From positions 4,323,127 to 4,387,126 of the forward strand of contig BFEA01000037.1 of assembly GCA_003427395.1 (NCBI GenBank): DNA of 64,000 nucleotides. The letters are read 5' to 3'. Shown in pieces: positions 35,726-47,637 of the stretch. The DNA is from Chara braunii (Eukaryota; Plantae; Charophyceae). Numbering within the stretch: the stretch's first letter is position 1; every line of letters begins with the position of its first letter. The notes beneath the pieces were generated by a model. It did not search any database, had not been told where the DNA came from, and saw only the letters and a program-made list of their open reading frames with translations. Both the position numbers and the translations under genes were made by a program.

Positions 35726-38530
35726 GTGGCTGATCTCTGGTCTTTAGCTCTCTCATGTCACTTAGTCAGAGCTTCCTCTCCTCGTTTTCTCAGATTGAAG
35801 GACCTTGATTCTTTGTTTAGGTTGCTTGTCATTGTACTTCTTCTGTTGGGACTTCTTCCGTGGGCTAAGAAGCTTTCTCCTTACATTGCTGCTTGGTGGA
35901 AAGGAGATGAGGTGGTAAAGGGGCCGTTGGTGTATGTGGTAGTATCTCCGTGGTGTTGCCATTTGTACGTAGGAAGTACGAGGCGGGATCTAGTGAGCCG
36001 ATGGGGTGAGCATGTTTATAGGGCCTGTGATGCATCTCTTATCAGTAAGGGTAGGCGCAATGAACGATTGTACAGGTGGTTACGGAGGTGTGGGGCGGGT
36101 AAGTATGTGGCTATTCCCATCTGCTGCTGTTCTGACGAGGATCTCAATGCGACAGAAATATTTTTTATTCGGTTGTTCTCACCCTCTTTGAATACGAGAG
36201 ATAAACCAAGGAGAGTAAGGAAACGGCAGTTGGGAAAACGGGAACGTCGGCGGCTGCTTGCAAAATTGAACACGCAGGCTGTTGTTGACCCGAGAGTGTA
36301 TGTGTCGACACCCTTGGTATGCTTCCATTCGTCTGTAGGGATTGTCTTCTAGCTTGCTTCGTATTCTGAACTATTGTAGGGATCAGGCCATCTGTGAGTG
36401 TGTGGTGTTGTGCAAGGGAGGGTCCTTAGTGCTCGATAACTGGAAGGTGGTCAAGCGATGTTATGGGTCATCTATTGTTTCATGTAGGTCTGCGAAGTTC
36501 TAAGGGTTGGATTACTGATGGCATTACTCTGAGGTTCAAGTCGATTGTACCTTTTTGTCGTCGGGCACTAGTGCTGAAGCCGATCCTGAGCAGGCTGTTT
36601 AGCCGACCCCCTACACGTATCACACTACGGTCCTGGAGTTTTGAGGAGTTGGTTTATGCTTTTTCTGCTGTGCGATGCTTTCAAGAGAAACGGGCTTGCA
36701 GCAGATTGAGAAATATTTTGTCTCGAGTGGTGGTGTCACAGTTTGGAGTGCATATTCAGGAGCGATTGGTTGTCCGGGTCATATATGACGACCATTATTG
36801 TAAGGCTGGGATTTGTAAGGTGTGTGCAGGGTTGGTTTGTGATTTGGACATTCACCTTGCCTGGAGGGACATGATTGTCAGGCGCATGCGGATCGTATGG
36901 TGTAAAAACAAGACAGTGTGAGATATCATCAACAATTTTCAGGATGTGGCGAGACTGGGAAAGAATGAATGTCGATGTCTGGATGCTGATACGTCCTTCC
37001 CTTGTGTAGATGGACACGCGTCATTCTGCCTCTGCTCCTTCGAGGTTTTTCTCCTTGAATGCTGAACTCCAGGAATGTTCTACGCCCATCTGTGGTTGAC
37101 CCAATCTCTAGTCTTAAACGACAGATTCTGAAATCTTTTCACTCTGTTAAATCTACTCCTGAACTGAATTCTGAATCGCTTCGCTGTGTTAATCTATCCT
37201 CTTGTCTTTTACATTCTTCTCTGATGCTTGAAGGGGGTAGTTTCTCTTATTCTGTTGATGAAGTGGAGTACGTGAAGGAAGTCTGAGTGGTTTGGTGTGT
37301 TGCCCCCTGGATCACAATCCAGGGGATACATTTGTATGCTGTCCGGTGGTGTATGGTCAAGGAATGAAAAAGTTGTTCCTAAATAACCCATCGTGTGAGA
37401 CAGTTATGCAAACGGAGCAAACTGTATTGGGTAGGTGCAGGAGTTTGTATGGATAAAAGGGACTTGAGAAAGTGGGAACATGGAAAATAGATGGAGCTCT
37501 CGGGAGGGATTACTGCTTTCCCAAGCTTAACGATAAATCGAGATGGAGACCGATATGCCCCTCGCATCAGGATGGCTGTGTGGTGGGAGCGAAGAGAGTG
37601 GCATGTTCCATTAATCACCTACTCTGGAAGTTGCCGGAGAACTTGCATTTCAATCTCAGGCGGACAGGCAATCTGATGAAGTAAATCTCGGTCATCAATG
37701 GGAGGCTGAAAAAAGATAGCGAGTTGATTGGGGGTTCGTTTGACATCAATGAAATGTTTTCTAACTTGTCGCATCAATCTATCCTTCAGTCTTTACGGTG
37801 GGTGCTGGACTACTGGATGGGGGAGGGTTGGTCTAGAGTGATGGTCCGAAAGCATGGTAAAATGGTGAGGTTGATCTGCCAGACGGTGGGAATCCCTATG
37901 GGGAAAACAACGAATCCTGCACTGGCATGCCTTCTGTGTGCTCATGACGAGTTTATGTTCCTGTCCTCGCTCGGAGCGGATAGGAAGCTGATATATGGAT
38001 GCAGAACTGTTGATGATGTATCGATTTTTGTTAACTATCAGAAAGATAATGCAGGATCTAGGATGAAAGTAGAACAGCTGATAGAACAGTTTCGGGATTG
38101 CTGTGATGAGTAGTTGGTACTGGAGCAAACAAACTCCGGTCAGACGTGGGATTTTATTGGATGCGAGTCACATATTTTATTTAATCCTTGTCGGATTGTC
38201 TGTTAGGCAATGCACAAGAACCAGAAGTTTGGGATCAATCAGCCGCTGGTATTTCAGAGCTTGCAAGATTTTGCTTCCTACTCGAGTCGGCAGCAAAGGC
38301 TGGCCATGATTAGCTCGTTCCTACATCGGGCAAGAACGGACACTTCAATCCAAGGGATTGAGTCCAATTTTATCCTTACCCTGAAAAACGAGTTGTGGCT
38401 GCGTGGCTACCCTGATGAGTTTTTTGACAGGGCACGGGTAAACTTCTCACGGAAATTTGCAGACTGTTGGGAACCATGGATTTCAATTCTTACTAAATGG
38501 GATCGGTTGTTGCGGAGGGTCATGAAGTGA
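35726..38530 (+). pseudogene. PLE-2 ORF2: GIY-YIG endonuclease, CxC...GH linker, RT, thumb (decayed)
   Basis: LVYVVVSPWCCHLYVGST...RWGEH...E...SPSLN; CRC...DGH (~36970-37017); LDHNPG; YCFPKLND...RWRPICP; FDINEMFSNLSH; QTVGIPMG; RTVDDV; FLHRAR...LWLRGYP. Confidence 0.92.
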
Positions 38531-38591
38531 GCATGGCAGGTGTAGGTTCCCATTGAGGAACCCATGTTTACTTGTCTTAAATATGAAGTAT

Positions 38592-39040
38592 TGTGGGTGT
38601 TGGTTCCTACTATGGGACCTGTGTTGAGATAAGCATTGGGGGTGTTGGTTCCTATTACGGGACCNNNNNNNNNNNNNNNNNNNNNNNNNNNNNNNNNNNN
38701 NNNNNNNNNNNNNNNNNNNNNNNNNNNNNNNNNNNNNNNNNNNNNNNNNNNNNNNNNNNNNNNNNNNNNNNNNNNNNNNNNNNNNNNNNNNNNNNNNNNN
38801 NNNNNNNNNNNNNNNNNNNNNNNNNNNNNNNNNNNNNNNNNNNNNNNNNNNNNNNNNNNNNNNNNNNNNNNNNNNNNNNNNNNNNNNNNNNNNNNNNNNN
38901 NNNNNNNNNNNNNNNNNNNNNNNNNNNNNNNNNNNNNNNNNNNNNNNNNNNNNNNNNNNNNNNNNNNNNNNNNNNNNNNNNNNNNNNNNNNNNNTGTGTT
39001 GAGATAAGCATTGGGGGTGTTGGTTCCTATTACGGGACCC
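38592..39040. repeat. 45-bp tandem repeat spanning an N gap in the PLE-2 3' UTR
   Basis: TGTGTTGAGATAAGCATTGGGGGTGTTGGTTCCTATTACGGGACC on both sides of the gap. Confidence 0.8.
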
Positions 39041-39346
39041 CTGTTGATTTGTTTTGGAAGTCTCCTCTTGTGAAGGACTGAATGGGCTTAGTCCCAATGA
39101 TGAATAAACATTTTTTTTTTACGGACGTGCTGATTTACACGGAGTTGCAGTGTTTGGAGATACGACGATCTTTAATTTTGGTCGTATAAGGTCAGGCCAG
39201 TAGTACGATGGTCTGGTTTCGAACCCCTTTGGCGGCGACGGTAAGTCTAGCGAATTATGAACGTTTGATAGCCTGCAATTTCTTGGGGCCCATGGTCATT
39301 GATCTTAATCATTGGTCCGCAGACTATTCTAAGTGTCTACGAAGGA

Positions 39347-39354
39347 TATAAATA
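39347..39354 (+). promoter_or_regulatory. Candidate TATA box of the PLE-2 pseudo-LTR promoter
   Basis: TATAAATA 40 nt upstream of the hammerhead. Confidence 0.55.
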
Positions 39355-39393
39355 GGACAATCGATTGTTCGGTCAGTACCTTCCGCGATCGAA

Positions 39394-39449
39394 GACCCCT
39401 GACGAGTGTCGGTGGCGGCCGGCTGAAACTAGTAGGGTCCATGCCACCA
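39394..39449 (+). ncRNA. Minimal type I hammerhead ribozyme with loop II pseudoknot
   Basis: Stem I GACCC/GGGTC; core CTGACGA; stem II GTCGG/CCGGC; GAAA; palindromic stem III ACTAGT; GUA cleavage triplet (39432-39434). Confidence 0.88.
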
Positions 39450-39690
39450 GGGTTTAATGGTTTTTTTTATACGACAAGTCGCAGTCGGGAGACTTGTTCT
39501 ATATCCTTGAGTAATCTCTTCCTCTTCTTTGCCCTGTTCTTTTCACCCCGCCATCTTATTCTTCTTCTGTGTGGTTTGTTGTTGGCTGTTCTCATGAATT
39601 GATGTGATGTGGACTTTATGAGTGGCTGTCGCTGTTGACTCGATGCTCGCTGACGTTGCCATATGTACATTGAAGATTGTTGCTCTTCAC
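39444..39690 (+). repeat. 3' direct repeat (pseudo-LTR tail) of PLE-2
   Basis: Aligns to 33925-34202. Confidence 0.92.
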
Positions 39691-40221
39691 CTATTTCCCG
39701 GGCCCTACTAGAGTGGCCCTGGTCACCGTATTTTCCCCGGCGGCCTGGCCGTGCAAGGACTAGGGAAGGTCCCAGCCAAAACAAAAAAAAACGAAAAAAA
39801 ACTATGTTATGCAGAAAAATAAACTGAGCAACTTTTGCCACAGCGTCACATCGAAATTCTCTACCGCATTTAAAATAAAAAACAAATTTAAAAACAATTT
39901 TTATTTATTATTATTTTTTTTCTTTTTGGCCCGGCCGGACAAATGGACCCGGGCCACTTTGGTAGCCTAGATTATGATGTATTTTCAAAAAAAATTGAAA
40001 AGGAATTGTATGAATTAAAATATACGACAAAAGGACTTAGTAAAACTTTGTTTTTGAATTACAAAGAAGAATTAATTAATTTGAATGTATTTTTGAAAAA
40101 TAAATAAATAATAATAATTGAAAATTTTAAAATATTAATTAATATTATTTTAGAATTTCAAAGAAATGTAAAAATAGAATTTGATTAATTCGAATGTATT
40201 TTTCAATTACGAAAAAGAAAA

Positions 40222-41158
40222 TGCGAGGCACAAGGCCTCGATAAGCCCTACCGGGCCCCTATCTGCAACAGGTCGGCCGCCCTAAGTGAAGGCAGGCTCG
40301 ACAGACGACAAGAGGCCTATTTTGGACTACTTTGCAACTGGGGAAAATTCAGGCAGTTGCACAGCGCCAGTTGGTTGAAGGCGCCCAGGCCCTGGCCACC
40401 TTTATCAAATGTATTTAAGTCATGCCCTGGGTGAGATACGCAGCATAGGCCCAACTCAGGTTGTGAGCAGTTGGGCAAGGGTAACTGTCGGTGGCCCTGG
40501 GCCTGATTCGTTTGGACTGAGGCTCAGCCTCCCTGGGCCTACCGGAAGCTTCTGGGCAGGGGCGCAGTGCAGCCAGGCTGCACTCGAGGCAGGCAGGCCA
40601 CTTCCATTTAGGAAAGGGCCTGCCCACACAATCGGTATTCGGGCACTGGCTGCATTGTGCGCAAGCGCTGTTGCGCTATCGCTGGCCAGCGCTTATGCGC
40701 TCACGGGCGAGCTGGAAGGAGCAGGCAGCCATAGCGGAGCTGTGCTGCTGTATGCTGGATGGGGCACATGGTGGTCCTTGGGTGCATGTGGCAATTGTGA
40801 GTTGGGGAACGAGGTTGTGAGTGATACGAGAGACATACCTGGTGCTTGAAGCGTGCAGCATTGGCCAAGATCTGCTCGTACTTCGGGGAGCTGTTGACGT
40901 CATCGGCGACATTGTACATTAGGCTAGACTGGATCTGCCATCTGTAGTCTGGGCGCCGAGCGCCAGAAAAATATCGACATTGGTTCTTCGTTGATAATGA
41001 TGACTATTCCAGCACTCTCAATTATGAGCTTTTGCTGTACTCTTATTTGGTGGAACTCGTGATGCAATTCTGTAATTGGTTTGAGGTCACGACTATCTAG
41101 TCTCATGTGTATGATGCTGTTTGATTTCTGAAGTTCGCTATTGCTCATCTTCCTTGCA
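40222..41158 (+). repeat. 5' LTR of E
   Basis: Direct repeat of 47638-48383 with indels. Confidence 0.95.
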
Positions 41159-41161
41159 ATT

Positions 41162-41173
41162 TGGTATCAGAGC
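41162..41173 (+). promoter_or_regulatory. Primer-binding site of E (tRNA-iMet)
   Basis: TGGTATCAGAGC 3 nt after the LTR. Confidence 0.95.
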
Positions 41174-42426
41174 TGTGGTACGGTGCGCTAATCTGGCGCT
41201 TGTCTTCTGCCTAATGCGGTACATGCACGCGGTGTGTGAGGTACGTGTGTAGTGAGGAGGGCGAAGATAAGCAGGTGACCCAGGTGGAGAGGGGATCCAG
41301 GAAGGCTATGTGGTGAATATTGGGTGTTCGCAGTGTGATGAGAACTATCCGATGTGCGATTGATGCTGAGGTGGAACGGCTGTGCAATGCTGGTTGTGTC
41401 GAAGCAGCGATTGGTCATCACAATGAACGTCGGGTCATCTGGTGAGAATATCTGTGGTTGGGGGCAGCTATTTTGAGGTACGTTGCACGTAACCTTGTCT
41501 ACCCTCTTCGGCACTTCTTACCGTGAGGATGTGTGTTTTGTCTTGAGAGTCCTCTCATGTGAGGAGTCATGTGCGCTCAACCTTGAGAGTCGTCAGTCTT
41601 CACGTGGAGCATCTGGAAGGAGAGGGCGGTGCTATCTGAAGGGCCCTGGACGAAGCACTGGGTCACGGTCACCATGCCAACCCATCGAGAGTAGAGCACG
41701 CATCTTGTGCTGCTTTGTCCTTTGTCTGCTCGCTGCGCTGTAGAGGGGTTTTGAGGGGCAGGCCAGCCCTATGGGACAGACGAGACCGGGCGTCTATTAA
41801 TAAGCACCGCCGGGGTACCTTCCATTGGCTGTGATCGTCGTCCTGTTTGCGATGTTAAAGAATTCCTGAGGACTTCGAGGGCTGTCCATATAAACGCCTC
41901 CTGATCAGCCAATCAGTCGGTGTAAGGCTCGTTGCACGTGAGGATAAAGAGTGTGCAGGGCTGGCCAGCTCAGCAAGACTCGGGCCACAGGGGTGGGCCG
42001 TGTGCACACCTTTAGACACGCATGGTGTTCCGGATTGCTTAGGGACATTGACGACAAGAGACATTCACGAAGAACTGAGGGAGGGGTAGATTCCAGGTGA
42101 CAAGTTCGGGCAAGATCCCATTCTGCAAACAGACCCAACAAATGATTCTATTTTCATTTTGATTAGTTAGATGTACAACCATTAACATTTGACAAACAAC
42201 ATAGTTTAGAACTGTTCTTTGTTCATTGTGCTTTCTGTTTGCGAACTAGTCAAAGTCAAAGTAGTTTTGTTTGTAGGAATTTGAACTTACCTGTTGAACC
42301 CGAATGTATAGTCTGTGACCTAGCCACCAATTAATTAGTTCATTTATTTTAAATTGGTTTGTGCATGATGCTGTGGTAGGCATTGAATGAGTGTCCTAGT
42401 GCAGACGGTGTGCAGTTCTGTAACTT

Positions 42427-43930
42427 ATGAGCGAGAGGGAGGTCCCACAAATGGACGTCCGGATCTTGCGATCGGCTAGACACCCGATTGCCCACGTGGC
42501 ATTAGGACCCGAGGGTGATGGGTTACTATTCCGCCAGCAAAGGGAGAGGCAGCAGCAACAACGGAGAGCTAGCGCAGTAGAGGATAGCAGGGCGTTCGCA
42601 AGTGAAGCCGCTGCTTCAGCAGCCATGGCAACCGCTGTCCAGCAGAGTTCCCAGGCCAGGGGCCATAGGGTCAATGGTCGCGCAGACCCTGAGTCAGTCC
42701 ACTGGCGTCATGGCAAGCCAGCCCATAGTGTTGACTTCCGATGAGATCGCCATACAGCAGGCAGCACTGCAGGAGGCACAACTACAGAAGGCTTTGGGTG
42801 AGATTAAGGCAGAAAAAGAGAATGATTAGAAGAAGAGCCAGGATGCAAAGGAGAGAAGCAGGCGTTGGTGAGTGAGAGGGAATGGACCTGACGCACATGG
42901 ATGCAGATATGAGAAGGTTGCGGACAGTCCTGCTAGGTGTTGTAGAGATGCAGGACCACCACACGGCTCTCCTTTAGGACATCCGGCAGAGTCTGGCCTT
43001 GCTGGTCGGGTGAGCGCAGGCAGCCCCATCGCTGTCCGGACCCGGTGCCTGGCCCGTTGTACAACCTCCTTTTGTCCCACCAGTGACTGGGGTATCCCCA
43101 TATGTCTCCTCAGCATTGGTCCAAACCGTTTCCTTGGGTATGCCGTTTGCAGGAGGGTTCTCAGCAGGTCCTAGTGTACAGGTTCCTGTATAGACAGTGT
43201 TCTCCAAACCTCCGTCGCAGGTTGCTGTAAGCGAGCAGCCTGCACAGCCGCAGGGTACACAACAGCAGATAGTGCAGCAGCCTGCTCCTCAGGGTCCACA
43301 GCCCGGACTGGTGCAGGTACCGGGACAAAGTCAGTGTGTTTCGAAGACGGCCATGGCTACCTTAACCCTTCACAGGGGACAAGAGGGGCGAAGACCTCGA
43401 CACCTGGTTAAGGTCATTGCCAGTATACGTCAAGTGCAAACTTACCTTGCCGAATGAGGAAGTGCTTGTGGCTGCCTCCTATCTAGAGGGGAGTGCAGGA
43501 AGATGGTTGAGTGGTTTAGTGCAGTTGTAGGGATACGGCCATGACTTCCGCTCTTGGGCGGTCACCCAGAAACTGGATGACTTCCTCAAGTTGGTGGAAG
43601 ACAGGTGGCATGATCCTTAGGAGGCCCAAAAGGCCACTGATATGATCCTGACTCTGCATATTAGGCAGGTTAAGTCAGTAAGGGAGGCCACAAACGCAGA
43701 AGATCGTCTGATATGTGTCCCTGGGGTGCTCTATGACCCCCAGGTCTTACTCACCTCCTACCTGAGATGCTTCCCTATGCCTGTCAAGAATCAGTTGGCA
43801 AGTGAGGCCAACATCAATATGCACAACTTTCTCTCGTTTAGCAAGAAGGCCCTAAGCAAAGATAGGGCATAGTCAGACTCCCACGACGGATTGTAGGAAA
43901 AAGACACTGCCTCCCAACTGGAAAGCGAAG
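42427..43930 (+). pseudogene. E gag (decayed)
   Basis: Q/P-rich region, then FTGDKRGEDLDTWLR...ASYLEGSAGRWL...FLKLVEDRWHDP. Confidence 0.7.
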
Positions 43931-43959
43931 GGACGATGGGAGGGGAACTGAGACATCAC

Positions 43960-46900
43960 ATCTCGTTCCTAGTGAGCGATGATCTCCCTATGGATATCTT
44001 GTTAGGTATGTACTACCTCTCCGTTGCATAGCCCCAGTTTGATTGGAACCGAAAAGTGGTCAAACACACTTTGCCAGGTGGGGGGACCGCCAGATTACAT
44101 AAGTTCAAGGCTAGTAGTCTGATTGAGTCCTACGGATGCATGTGTGAGGCTGCGTTTTATAACTATTATAAGCAAAATCTGAAGGAGGGTATGTATCTAG
44201 TTTGTCTCTGCAGCAGGCGAGCTGGTGAAAATGTCGTCGGAGATAGAGGGAGTAGTTGCTAAGTACCCTGATCTATTTGAAGCGCCAACAGGGGTTGTCG
44301 AGAGGGAGGTCGTCCACGCGATAAAGATTATTCTAGGGTCTAGCATCCCGAAGGGAAGGATCTATCGGATGTCTCTAGGCGGGCTTGACGAGCTTCGCCG
44401 ACAGCTCAAGGAACTCATAGAGAAGTGTGTCTCCCCTTACAGATCACCAGTTTTATTTGTGCCAAAGAAGGGGGGTACGTTGAGGATGCGCATTGACTAT
44501 AGGGGCCTCAATGCCATCATAATCAAGAATCGAGAACCCCTATCGCGCATCGGCGATTTGTTAGATAGAGTGCAGGGGTGCCGGTACTTCAATAAGATAG
44601 ATCTGAAGTGCGGGTATCTTCAGATTGCAATACGGCCCGAGGATCAGCACAAAATCGCTTTTCAGACAACGAACGGTCTGTACGAGTTTCTGGTGATGCC
44701 TTTCGGCCTTTGCAATGCTCCTGGCACCTTTCAGCACGCTATGAATCGGATCTTTCATGACTACTTGGATAAGTTTGTCATCGTGTACCTCAATGACATA
44801 CTTATTTTTAGTAGGACTGTCAAGGAGCATGTTGCGCACTTCGACAAAGTCCCCAGTCTCCTCCGGCAGCACGAGTTCAAGATCAACGGGGAGAAATGCG
44901 AGTTTGGTTGCACCTGGATCTTGTACTTGGGTCATGAGATCTCCGCGGAGGGTTTGAAGTCCCATGACGCGAAGGTGCCCATTATTCGTGACTGGCCGCG
45001 CCCTCAGTGTGTGATTGAGACGAGGTCTTTCTTTGGGGTGATCGGCTACTACCGTAACTTTGTTAAGAACTATACCATAGTGGCCGCCCCTTCGACTAAC
45101 CTGACTCGCCTTGACACCCCATGGGAGTGGACAGGCAGGTGTGAGGCTGCTTTCAGACATCTGAAGCATGCGTTGGCGCATCATGAGGTCTTGAAACTTC
45201 CTGATCCTGACAAGTCGTTCATAGTAACCACGAATGCGAGCCAATGTGGCATTGGTGTCGTGCTAGTGCAGCAGGAGGGGCCAAAGTTTAGGCAAGTGGA
45301 GTACATTCCAAGAAGATGCCCTCTTCGAAATTGGCCAAGTCCACCTATGAGAAGGAGTTGTACGCGATCTATAAAGTGCTAACCCATTGGAGGCAATATC
45401 TCCTTGGGAGGTTCTTCATCGTCAGGACTGATCATCAGACCTTGAAGGGGGCCAAAGTTGAGGCCAGTGGAGTACATTTTAAGAAGATGCCCTCTCAGAA
45501 ATTGGCCAAGTCCACCTATAAGGAGCTGTACGCGATCTATAGAGTGCTAACCATTGGAGGTACTATCTCCTTGGGAGGTTCTTCATCGTCAGGACTGATC
45601 ATCAAACCCTAAAGTGGATGAGAACTCAGCATGTGCTCTCCGATGCGCTGAAACGCTAGATCGAAGTTATTGATCAGTATGACTTCGAGCCCCAGTACCT
45701 CAAATGTGAGTACAACAAAGTTGCTAACGCGATGTCGCGTAGGCCAGACTTCCCGGGTGCGCTGATCATTGAGTTTGGGCTTGCGGACGACATCACTCGC
45801 TCTTTGGTGAAAGGCTATGGCGAGGACGAGGACCAGTTCATGTCTGAAATCATACGCAGACTCGAGGCAAAGGACAAGGTGACTTCTGTCGAGTTTGAGT
45901 TGGTCAACGGTTTGCTGTTCCTTGAGAAGGTCGGGAATAAACGTTTGTGTGTTCCTAATAGAGAGTCTTTGCATAGTTTATTTTTAGGCGAGAGTCACGA
46001 TGCCATTGGACATTTTGGTTTCAAGAAGACTGCAGCCAATCTGTTGCAGCGTTTCTGGTGGCCCACGATGATGAGAGAGATGTCAAACTGTATGTCGAGA
46101 CTTGGNNNNNNNNNNNNNNNNNNNNNNNNNNNNNNNNNNNNNNNNNNNNNNNNNNNNNNNNNNNNNNNNNNNNNNNNNNNNNNNNNNNNNNNNNNNNNNN
46201 NNNNNNNNNNNNNNNNNNNNNNNNNNNNNNNNNNNNNNNNNNNNNNNNNNNNNNNNNNNNNNNNNNNNNNNNNNNNNNNNNNNNNNNNNNNNNNNNNNNN
46301 NNNNNNNNNNNNNNNNNNNNNNNNNNNNNNNNNNNNNNNNNNNNNNNCCACGATGATGAGAGAGATGTCAAACTGTATGTCGAGACTTGGCAAGTTTGTC
46401 AATGTGACAAGCTCCGGACACAGGCTCCTCTTGGGCTGCTCAAGCCCCTTCCCATTCCGGAAAGGCCTGGTGAAAGCCTGTCCATGGACTTCATTGGTAC
46501 GCTGGTCACCAGCAAGAGTGGAATGAGGTACATTTACGTCATCGTGGATAGATTTAGTAAGTATGCTAGGTTAGTGGCCATGCCGGAGACAACAAAGACC
46601 GAGTACATTATCAAGCTATTTAATGAACACTGGATCAGAGACTTTGGCCTGCCGAAGTCTATAATCAGCGACAGGGATGTCCGATTCACCAGTGAATTGT
46701 GGATGGCCGCAATTGCCGAACAAGGAACGCAGCTGCAGATGACATCTGGAAACCATCCAGACGCAAACGGACAGGCAGAGCAAATGAACCGCATTGTTCA
46801 ACACTTGTTCAGGCACAACATTAAGCCTAATCACGTGGACTGGGATGAGAAGCTTGCTCTCATTGCCAGCCTGTACAACAACGCAGTTCATAGTGCCATG

Positions 46901-47620
46901 GGACTAAGTTCTAACAACCTACTTCTAACGTTCAAACCAAGACTCCCCCTTGACTTTTTGCTACCTCAGAACCAGCCTACTGCTGCTCCAGGCACTTTGG
47001 AGATCGCTTATAGATATGAGAATCATATGCAGCAGGCTTTAGAACACATGCACAAAGCATAGGCGGCGATGATCGAATTTGAGAACAAGCACCACCGCCC
47101 ATCTATGTTTCAGGTAGGGGACAAGGTTTGGGTCAAGGCTTCAGAACTGGGACAGAAGCACGGGATTTCCCATAAGCTCATGCCACAGTACTTTGGACCA
47201 TGGGAGGTTTTGAATGTAGTTGGGGATGAACTATACGGACCCTCATATGTCATTCGGATCCCTGGACACCTTCGCACTTACCCTGTTTTTCGCGCCTCTA
47301 AGCTTGCACCATTCAAGGAAACTAACCAGTTCCCTTTGTGACGCTCAATGCTGTCCCAAACCATGGATGGAAAGGTCGACATTGATGAAATCGTGGATCA
47401 CAGAGAGATGCGAGTTCCAAGACCGACAGACAGGGGACGTCCTTCGAAACCGAAGGTGCAGTATTGCGTTTGGTTCAGGCATCACACTGATCCTCAGGAG
47501 GACCGATGGCTTACACGGGAAGAATTTATGCAGACCGCTCCACAGGTTGTCGCCCACTAGGACAGGTTACTGTAGAAAGGACAGCGCCAGATTGACTAAA
47601 CTTCTCCGAGGACTATCGAA
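43960..47620 (+). pseudogene. E pol: protease largely deleted, RT, RNase H (partly duplicated), integrase, chromo-like domain
   Basis: LRMRIDYRGLN; YLNDILIFS; TNASQCGIG; GHFGFKKT; SLSMDF...SDRDVRFTS; HPDANGQAE; IDEIVDHR...DRWLTREE. Confidence 0.94.
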
Positions 47621-47626
47621 GTATAT

Positions 47627-47637
47627 GGAGGAAGGAA
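47627..47637 (+). promoter_or_regulatory. Polypurine tract of E
   Basis: GGAGGAAGGAA directly before the 3' LTR. Confidence 0.88.

Larger units (their letters stand above)
33901..39693 (+). mobile_element. Penelope-like retroelement, Chlamys/Naiad-type with N-terminal GIY-YIG (PLE-2)
   Basis: GIY-YIG before a PLE-type RT; terminal direct repeats; hammerhead; 14-bp TSD TTTCCCGGGCCCTA (33887-33900, 39694-39707). Confidence 0.92.
33724..39970. repeat. ~165-bp inverted repeat pair (33724-33888 and 39815-39970) flanking the PLE-2 target site
   Basis: CTAGGCTACTAGAGTGGCCCGGGTCCA...TTTCGATGTG...TTGCTCA and its reverse complement. Confidence 0.8.

Noticed and set aside
35358-36921. In-frame TGA codons in PLE-2 as selenocysteine, as in some Naiad elements
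   Set aside because: The contexts (SF*VR, TV*DI) are not Cys-like positions, TAG stops and frameshifts are also present, and I saw no SECIS. Ordinary decay explains them.
39205-39230. Pol III B-box-like GGTTTCGAACCC in the PLE-2 3' region
   Set aside because: Does not fit the consensus and has no convincing A box.
46071-46390. Duplications flanking N gaps (also at 15890)
   Set aside because: Identical sequence on both sides of a gap is most likely a scaffolding overlap artefact.
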